Part shown: one piece after another, positions 8,108-13,021 of the stretch
Numbering within the stretch: position 1 is the first letter of the stretch
Layout of the letters: the number at the start of each line of letters is the position of its first letter
Assembly (NCBI GenBank): GCA_051382295.1
Contig: JBBCAW010000107.1
Span: 1 to 13,021 of the forward strand
Source: Bdellovibrionota bacterium FG-1
GTDB taxonomy: Bacteria; Bdellovibrionota; UBA1018
Length of the DNA stretch: 13,021 nt
Direction of reading: 5' to 3'
Notes under the pieces: model-generated
Database searches by the model: none
Seen by the model: only the letters and a program-made list of their open reading frames with translations
What the model was told of the DNA's origin: nothing
Made by a program: the position numbers and the translations under genes

Positions 8108-8134
8108 GTTTCGTCTGATTTCAGGATGAACTTA
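8108..8134 (-). promoter_or_regulatory. sigma28 (FliA)-like promoter for the PEGA-TPR / FliF-FliG / beta-barrel operon
   Basis: Minus strand TAAG-N15-GACGAAAC versus consensus TAAA-N15-GCCGATAA (3/4 and 5/8 matches, exact spacing). Confidence 0.35.
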
Positions 8135-8159
8135 ACCTTTTTCCACAATCTGACGATCA
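8133..8159 (+). promoter_or_regulatory. sigma28 (FliA)-like promoter for the coiled-coil gene
   Basis: Plus strand TAAC-N15-GACGATCA versus TAAA-N15-GCCGATAA (3/4 and 6/8 matches, exact spacing). Confidence 0.4.
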
Positions 8160-8198
8160 GTGCTTGTGGCAAAAGTCCGCGTTGAACATTCCATACCC

Positions 8199-9443
8199 AT
8201 GCCTGAAAGCGAAACCGCCCCTGAGCGGCGTTTTTCAGAACGGCGGATCGGTGACGAGTTGCGCTCCGCAATTGAGGGCTTTGAGCAAGAAATTACCCAA
8301 ACTCATGAGGGAAAACGGTTACTCGAACAGGAAAATCACCGCCTTCGGGGCGCCGGTTTAGCGCTCCAAGAAGAACTCGCGGCAAAAGAGCAGGAGCTCG
8401 AACTCATCCGCGCGACCTTGGCCCAGGCGCAGGAAGAAGCCCGAACACAAGAGCGGGCCTTCAATACGCAGCTGCACGCGACTACTTTGATCCACCAAGA
8501 AAAAATCGAGATGATTCAACAGGCGGCGGTGAGACAAGTTGCGCAAGCCGAAGAAAAAATCGTCGCCTTGCACCGCGTTTTTGAGGCCAAGATCCGGATA
8601 GAGCACGAAGAGCAAGCGAAAACACGTGAAAAAATGGGGTTATTGGAAACGCAGCTTTGTGAGGCTCGGCAACAGGTACTGGATCGCGAATCCCAGGTTT
8701 CGCGCCTGAAAAAGGAAAATCATCAGCATCACGTCGAACTTGTTCAGGGTGCGAGGGAGTCTTCTCGCTTGGTGGCCGAACGGAAAGCAGCCCAGCAAGC
8801 CTCACAGATCGAGGGTCAGAGAAGGTTTCAGACCGAACAAGCGGCTCTTGCGAAACTGGAAACCGCGATGGCGCAAATCGAGTTTTACAAGGACGAGTTG
8901 ACTCATTTTAGAAATCATTTGGAATCAGTGAAACCAACGATTGAAGCGCAGGCTCGTCAAATTCGTAAGGAGGCCGAGGAGTATTGGCGCGCCCGCCTCG
9001 CCGAGAAGGAGCGTGAATGGCTCGACAAAATTTTGGCGGCTCAAGGAGAGTGTGCGCGACTGAAGGCCGAACGGGACTCGACCCAAGCGACGCACCAGTC
9101 GGCGATTGTGAACGCCCAGGTGCGTTTGGACAGTTCTTTGGCGGCACTGGCCGCTGAAAAGCGAAAATTTGCGCAAGATCTCGAAAAACTTGCGGTCGAA
9201 GTCGAACAAATGAAGTGTTTGCACCCGCTGCGGGATTGTCTGCGGTTGACCGAACGCGAGCTTCACCGAACCGAGGGTGAACTCAAGGGTCTGCACCCCC
9301 TGCGTCCGGAGCGGCAGTCTTTGGAAGGGACCTTGGCTCAGCTTGAGGAGCAAAAGAAATTTCTGGAGCAAGTGATTGGCAAAGCGTCCTCGGATTTTGA
9401 CGAGCAGGCGAGAAAAATTCGGAATAAAACGCTAGTTAATTAG
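8199..9443 (+). CDS. Long cytoplasmic coiled-coil protein
   Basis: E/Q/A/L/R/K-rich heptad pattern over about 390 aa, with no signal peptide or TM. The ORF track starts at GTG 8160; the in-frame ATG 8199 (MPESETAPERR) is preferred here. Confidence 0.8.
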   Translation: MPESETAPERRFSERRIGDELRSAIEGFEQEITQTHEGKRLLEQENHRLRGAGLALQEELAAKEQELELIRATLAQAQEEARTQERAFNTQLHATTLIHQEKIEMIQQAAVRQVAQAEEKIVALHRVFEAKIRIEHEEQAKTREKMGLLETQLCEARQQVLDRESQVSRLKKENHQHHVELVQGARESSRLVAERKAAQQASQIEGQRRFQTEQAALAKLETAMAQIEFYKDELTHFRNHLESVKPTIEAQARQIRKEAEEYWRARLAEKEREWLDKILAAQGECARLKAERDSTQATHQSAIVNAQVRLDSSLAALAAEKRKFAQDLEKLAVEVEQMKCLHPLRDCLRLTERELHRTEGELKGLHPLRPERQSLEGTLAQLEEQKKFLEQVIGKASSDFDEQARKIRNKTLVN

Positions 9444-9495
9444 ATTTATTGGATATTTTAACTCTCGATTCGGATTTCGAAATCTATCATTGGTC

Positions 9496-9526
9496 CTCAC
9501 GAAAAATGTTTAACATTCTCGTGGAG
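9496..9526. terminator. Imperfect hairpin between convergent genes (possible terminator)
   Basis: CACGA-aa-AATGTT-t-AACATT-c-TCGTG at 9498-9523. A separate perfect palindrome GATTTCGAAATC lies at 9473-9484. There is no clear U-tract. Confidence 0.3.
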
Positions 9527-9549
9527 CGGTGAAGCCGATGGCGTTCAGC

Positions 9550-10194
9550 TCACTCCGTCATGGTTCGTTTCTGAAAATACTGCCGAAGCCTCGCCAAAGC
9601 ATCTTGGTTAATAGTCCTACCAGCATGATCTAGCTGCCACAGCGCCACGTCTGGGAAGCGAAGAAAAATCTGTATGAGTCGGGCAGGTGCAGAATCAATC
9701 GATTTATTCTGTTCGACTCTGTTCACGGTAATAACGCTCAAGCCGAACGCACGAGCAAGCTCATACCGAGATAGGCCCAACTCTTTTTTGATTCTAATGA
9801 GCTGACTCGAATCAAAACGCTCTAAAGGCACTGGCTCGAAAACGAAAGTAGAGGGCCCTTTTCGTCCTATCGTAGTAAGGAGGACAATTGGATTTTTTTC
9901 GTTGAGTGAAATACCAACGGAACGACAGTATTCCTCGAATGCTGGGTTCGCGCGCGAAGGGATGCGATCAGAAAGCGAGGCAAACAGTTTTTTTCCTTTC
10001 GACCAGTGCACCTTTTTGAATAAGTCTAGATCCGGACCGACTGGAATAGCGTTTTTTGATAAAGCATATTTCTGGTCATATTCAAATTTGTACAGCTCGC
10101 GGTCCGGCTCATAGGATAGTACCCCAACGTAGATTCTACGCGTTCGGTTTTCAGTAAATACTTCAAGTCGGTTAGAATCCATTTCTAGTTGCAT
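9550..10194 (-). CDS. HipA N-terminal (HipS/Couple_hipA-like) domain fused to XRE-type HTH; probable antitoxin and autorepressor
   Basis: aa9-121: VGVLSY...YKFEYD...AIPVGPDL...LFASLSDRIP...IVLLTTIG...FVFEP. aa130-178: LIRIKKELGLSRYELARAFGLSVITVNRVEQNK. GGAG SD lies 7 nt before ATG 10194, and the gene overlaps the kinase by 23 nt. Confidence 0.85.
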   Translation of the reverse strand: MQLEMDSNRLEVFTENRTRRIYVGVLSYEPDRELYKFEYDQKYALSKNAIPVGPDLDLFKKVHWSKGKKLFASLSDRIPSRANPAFEEYCRSVGISLNEKNPIVLLTTIGRKGPSTFVFEPVPLERFDSSQLIRIKKELGLSRYELARAFGLSVITVNRVEQNKSIDSAPARLIQIFLRFPDVALWQLDHAGRTINQDALARLRQYFQKRTMTE

Positions 10195-11113
10195 CTTTCA
10201 ACTCCTGAATCCGCTTCGCGATTAACTTCGAAATAGCCCCCTTCATTAGGTTAGAACAAAAGCTTTCTGAAATTACCGCTTGGATTTTTTCCTCATTAAT
10301 ACGTCCTGTGAACGTTTTGACGTGATCCGCGAATCCACACGAACTGAATTCGACGACATAATCGTACATCGTTGGTTCCCGCGAGCGCTCCGTAAATATC
10401 TTCCCGCGAGGATCAAAGTCAGCCCTTAAAAATTCCCCCGACTCCAAGCCAAGATAGGACGTATTATCGTAGACGGGAGAAAGTGACACACGCTGCGGGG
10501 TTATCACAAAAGCCAAGTTACGTCCGTGCCTGTCATGGTTGCCAATCAGCGCATCGAAGAGGCACGTATGAATAAATACCTCCAAATCATAGGGTCGTTT
10601 CGTTTCTTGCTGAATGATCTGAAGAAGTGAAGCGCAAGAGTACGCTTGGTCCGCTTGGAAATAGTGATAGATATGCGTAAGATTGGAGGATCCGCCGCCG
10701 CGCCTGATGAAGTTTTTGGTTACAAATGTACGATCACCAAAAAGTTCAATCAAATAGTGATCCGCGATAGGCAAACCCAAGGCTTGGCCTATCTGATTGC
10801 AGAGATATTCTACTTCCGGAAGTTCAGGAGCCTTTTTTTCGTGGACCTTCAAAATGTAGCTATCGCCCGCTAAATCGGCAGAATATTTTCTGAATTTTCC
10901 ATGGAAGAAGCTTGAGATAAACCCCTTGGCTGGGTCTATCGCCGGTGACGGTAGGGTCGGCTCGCGGCTTTCAGTTGACTGCCTCACTAAACTGACAAAT
11001 TCGGCGGGCTGCTTCAGCTTAAACCAAGTCAGGAAACAAGCTTCATGCAAGCCGTAGCGAGACTGTGCACCAGCAATCGGCTGCAAGCATTTGAAGCACC
11101 TTTTATTGTTCAT
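10172..11113 (-). CDS. HipA-family Ser/Thr kinase lacking the N-subdomain (HipT-like toxin)
   Basis: Motifs YILK, LPEVEYLCNQIG, FVTKNF, FDALIGNHDRHGRNLAF (catalytic) and LSPVYD (Mg-binding). N-terminal C6xxC9...H23xxC26. 313 aa. Confidence 0.92.
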   Translation of the reverse strand: MNNKRCFKCLQPIAGAQSRYGLHEACFLTWFKLKQPAEFVSLVRQSTESREPTLPSPAIDPAKGFISSFFHGKFRKYSADLAGDSYILKVHEKKAPELPEVEYLCNQIGQALGLPIADHYLIELFGDRTFVTKNFIRRGGGSSNLTHIYHYFQADQAYSCASLLQIIQQETKRPYDLEVFIHTCLFDALIGNHDRHGRNLAFVITPQRVSLSPVYDNTSYLGLESGEFLRADFDPRGKIFTERSREPTMYDYVVEFSSCGFADHVKTFTGRINEEKIQAVISESFCSNLMKGAISKLIAKRIQELKDATRNGF

Positions 11114-11153
11114 GTTTTTTGCGGAAGCCCTTTGTTAAGCTCAGTATAATGAT

Positions 11154-11219
11154 ATACATATATACCACATGTGTGTTACTATAGATATATATCACAACTA
11201 AAGCGTAATACATATATAC
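11154..11219. repeat. Three 12-bp direct repeats at an exact 27-bp period upstream of the kinase (probable operator array)
   Basis: ATACATATATAC at 11154, ATAGATATATAT at 11181 and ATACATATATAC at 11208. Copies 1 and 2 both continue with CACA. Confidence 0.7.
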
Positions 11220-11293
11220 TAAGGCATCGTAACAAAAAGACTCTTATTACAAATGCATGAAATTACTAAATTATTTAAAGTTTAACGCATTAT

Positions 11294-12048
11294 ATGCGGC
11301 GGAATCTTGAAAAAATGGGAGATTCGGCCGAGTTTGTGCTGTCTTTGGCGCGACCTTATTAAAGATGCCCAGTCGCTTTCCCCTTGTGGCTTGCAAGAAC
11401 AATGAAAGTGACCATCCCCAAAAGAAAGGATTCGATTCTTATTGTATGCGGCTCCGTTGCCGCTTTCACAACCGGGTTACGAAATCTCCGATCTCAATGC
11501 GTCCTTTCACTGGTGAATCCGCAACCCAATTCATCAATAACAATTTCTTCGGAACCCGTGGTGAACTTCGAAAGGACTTTTCACGCCTTTTCAAATCTTT
11601 GTTTGATGAATACCGAAAGCATGTTGCCGTCATTCGGGCTTTGGCCGCTCATCCATCGGGATACACCCATCAAGAATTGCTGGGAGTTCTACAGCTTCCG
11701 GGCGGTGGGAGATTCTCAGAAGCGCTGGAAGAATTGGAGGAGTCACATTTTATTCAATTTACTCCGAAGCTCGGGAACAAGAAGAAAGAAGGAGTGTATA
11801 GACTCATTGATCGCAAAGACGACACGATCAATCTCTGCGAGATGAAGTATACAGGCTCCGTTTTCAAGCTTACTGCAACGGAAGCTAAAAAAATTCGGGA
11901 TAGAAAAGATGAACTCCTGAGTATCGTGAAAAAAGGAACTTCAGTCATCGTAATACTGGTCACGCCGCTGCCAGTGAGCAAGACCATGGCCCACTATACG
12001 GGGCTTATCGATGACCAGGTAAATCTAGACGCCTTCTTCAAAAACTGA
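11294..12048 (+). pseudogene. Degraded AAA+ ATPase (archaeal-type ATPase with winged helix and C-terminal DUF234/PD-(D/E)xK-like domain)
   Basis: Fragments lie in different frames: SAEFV then AVFG (11324-11349, lead-in to a missing GRRRVGKT Walker A), FPLWLA, RKDSILIVCGSVAA, then FHNRVT...PFT, FSRLFKSLF, LEELEESHFI, YRLID and IDRKDDTINLCEMKYT. There is no intact Walker A or B, and several internal segments are absent. Confidence 0.8.
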
Positions 12049-12093
12049 CATTGGCCCTATCACTCTAAGATCACCAACGGCAGGCCCACTGGC

Positions 12094-12471
12094 TCAAGGC
12101 TCGAAACACTCATTGGAAGACAGGATCTTTTTCAAATTTTTATCCAATGTCCAAACCTTGAGTTTGTTTTTTCTCGCGGCCGAAAGGATCGCCAAGTCGA
12201 TCAGCCCGACGCCTTTTGAATGAAGTCTGCCCTCGGAAGAGAGTTTGCCTGCCGAAAGCCAGATTCCTTCCTCTTGGACCTTCGGAAGGTTTTTCCAATA
12301 CTCCAGGACGATATCAGCCTCTTTGTTGGATCGCACCCCCTGCAAGAGCTCTCCAAAAACGCATTCCACCGTGAAAACCCTGTGTTCTTCAATCATCGGC
12401 CCTAAAATAGACGGGTAATCCCCGACGCCCTTGAGAAATTCGATCCATATCGAGGTGTCGGCGATCATCAT
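12094..12471 (-). CDS. vapC: PIN-domain ribonuclease toxin (VapC family)
   Basis: IADTSIWIEFL, GELLQG, LIDLAILSAA and WTLDKNL provide the PIN acidic residues. 125 aa, with an ATGA overlap with the upstream antitoxin. Confidence 0.93.
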   Translation of the reverse strand: MMIADTSIWIEFLKGVGDYPSILGPMIEEHRVFTVECVFGELLQGVRSNKEADIVLEYWKNLPKVQEEGIWLSAGKLSSEGRLHSKGVGLIDLAILSAARKNKLKVWTLDKNLKKILSSNECFEP

Positions 12472-12689
12472 TTCTGTCTTCTTCGGTTGAGTCGCCTAAT
12501 CTTAGCCGCGCCGACGCCTTCTTTAAAGCGAAGAGGAGCGCGCTGGACCTCCTGATTCAGGGCTTGGAGCGTTTTTGTCGAGGTCCATTCGCTCAAAGCA
12601 ATGATCAATGCCTCAGTGATGGTCTTGCCGTGCGAAAGGACCTTCACTTCATTAATAAGCTCGTCAGGTAAGAGAGCGGTTACTTTCAT
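12468..12689 (-). CDS. vapB: VapB-like antitoxin (RHH-type, DUF2191-like), 73 aa
   Basis: MKVTALLPDELINEVKVLSHGKTITEALIIALSEW has a ribbon-helix-helix pattern. The start was reassigned from TTG 12767 to ATG 12689 because the promoter and operator lie between them. Confidence 0.85.
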   Translation of the reverse strand: MKVTALLPDELINEVKVLSHGKTITEALIIALSEWTSTKTLQALNQEVQRAPLRFKEGVGAAKIRRLNRRRQK

Positions 12690-12695
12690 TCCCCC

Positions 12696-12723
12696 ATTAT
12701 ACGATACGTCATCGTATTTTGAA
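12696..12723 (-). promoter_or_regulatory. vapBC promoter and operator
   Basis: Perfect TATAAT (12701-12696) lies 6 nt before ATG 12689, with a weak -35 TTCAAA (12723-12718). The inverted repeat ATACGAT-N5-ATCGTAT (12699-12717) overlaps the -10 and spacer. Confidence 0.75.
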
Positions 12724-12742
12724 ACCCCCTTTTCCGCATACG

Positions 12743-12769
12743 GATTGTCTACACGGTGCGTAGACAATC
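12743..12769. repeat. Perfect 10-7-10 inverted repeat
   Basis: GATTGTCTAC-acggtgc-GTAGACAATC. Confidence 0.85.
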
Positions 12770-12905
12770 TCTCTTTTGGGAAAGGCCTCGTTAAACCGGG
12801 CGTTTCTTCAACCTCGTCCTCGACGGTATCGACACCCCCTACGTCTATTTCGACCGGAGGAAATCAGAGGACAACCATTGCAAAATTGTCAAGGCGGCTT
12901 CGAAA

Positions 12906-13021
12906 TTACAACGCTGTAGTCCTTTGCTGAAGAACGGAGAGGTATGCTTTTTTCATATTCTCGCTCAAGAAGGAGTGTGGAATTAATTCTTCGAGCGTCC
13001 GTGTCCAGGTTGGAATTTCGG
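12906..13021 (-). CDS. C-terminus of a second HipA-family kinase (5'-truncated by the window edge)
   Basis: Manual translation gives EIPTWTRTLEELIPHSFLSENMKKAYLSVLQQRTTAL*. This matches the HipA-like C-terminal pattern LI..SFLS..MK..Y...L..R...L and the end of the 10172-11113 kinase (VISESFCSNLMKGAISKLIAKRIQEL). Confidence 0.65.
   Translation of the reverse strand, partial: EIPTWTRTLEELIPHSFLSENMKKAYLSVLQQRTTAL

Larger units (their letters stand above)
9444..13021. other. Lower-GC toxin-antitoxin/defence island (right boundary outside the window)
   Basis: Cluster of two HipA-type kinases, vapBC and an ATPase pseudogene. GC spot checks by 60-nt line: 10021 gives 23/60, versus 35/60 at 3661. 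No integrase or att site was seen. Confidence 0.6.

Noticed and set aside
8167..8181. sigma54-like TGGC...GC
   Set aside because: The GG-to-GC spacing is one base short and the TTGC box is absent.
9435..9549. dif/XerCD site or integron attC at the island boundary
   Set aside because: There is only a partial XerD-arm resemblance with no XerC arm, and GTTTAAC has no matching GTTRRRY partner.
11057..11077. IAGAQSR resembling the HipA SVAGAQEK loop
   Set aside because: It lies inside the CxxC...HxxC spacer, about 65 aa from YILK. The positional equivalent of the loop is FFHGKFRK.
11154..11219. Mini-CRISPR interpretation of the 27-bp periodic repeats
   Set aside because: Repeats of 12 bp and spacers of 15 bp are too short, no cas genes are present, and the location fits operators.
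12721..12840. GA[A/C]ACCCCCT copies at 12721 and 12831 as transposon ends; TCTAC/GTAGA as a Cas12a repeat stem
   Set aside because: The copies are 10-bp direct rather than inverted repeats and there is no transposase. The hairpin is single, with no array or cas gene.
12690..12930. 26-aa N-terminal extension of vapB and the plus-strand ORF 12601-12930
   Set aside because: The extension spans the promoter and operator, and the plus ORF is antisense and low-complexity.

Overview
The window has two parts. Bases 1 to about 9443 are a GC-rich cell-envelope cluster. It holds a 3'-truncated VWA/MIDAS protein that the ORF track misses, two predicted outer-membrane beta-barrels, a 977-aa cadherin/Ig-repeat lipoprotein, a PEGA-TPR lipoprotein and a long coiled-coil protein. 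It also holds a 610-aa protein that reads by eye as a natural FliF-FliG fusion (signal peptide, FliF RBM3-like ring motif, TM helix, FliF C-terminal helix, FliG_N/M/C), with no flagellar genes anywhere in the window. Back-to-back sigma28-like promoters lie between the fusion operon and the coiled-coil gene. Bases about 9444 to 13021 are a lower-GC toxin-antitoxin island: a split HipA system in reversed order (kinase, then a HipS-like/HTH fusion) with a 27-bp-period repeat array upstream, a serially deleted AAA+ ATPase pseudogene, a vapBC pair with an operator palindrome, and the C-terminus of a second HipA-like kinase at the right edge. The gene style suggests Bdellovibrionota/Oligoflexia, which is an inference only. 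All domain calls come from manual motif recognition against remembered family consensus; no searches were run.
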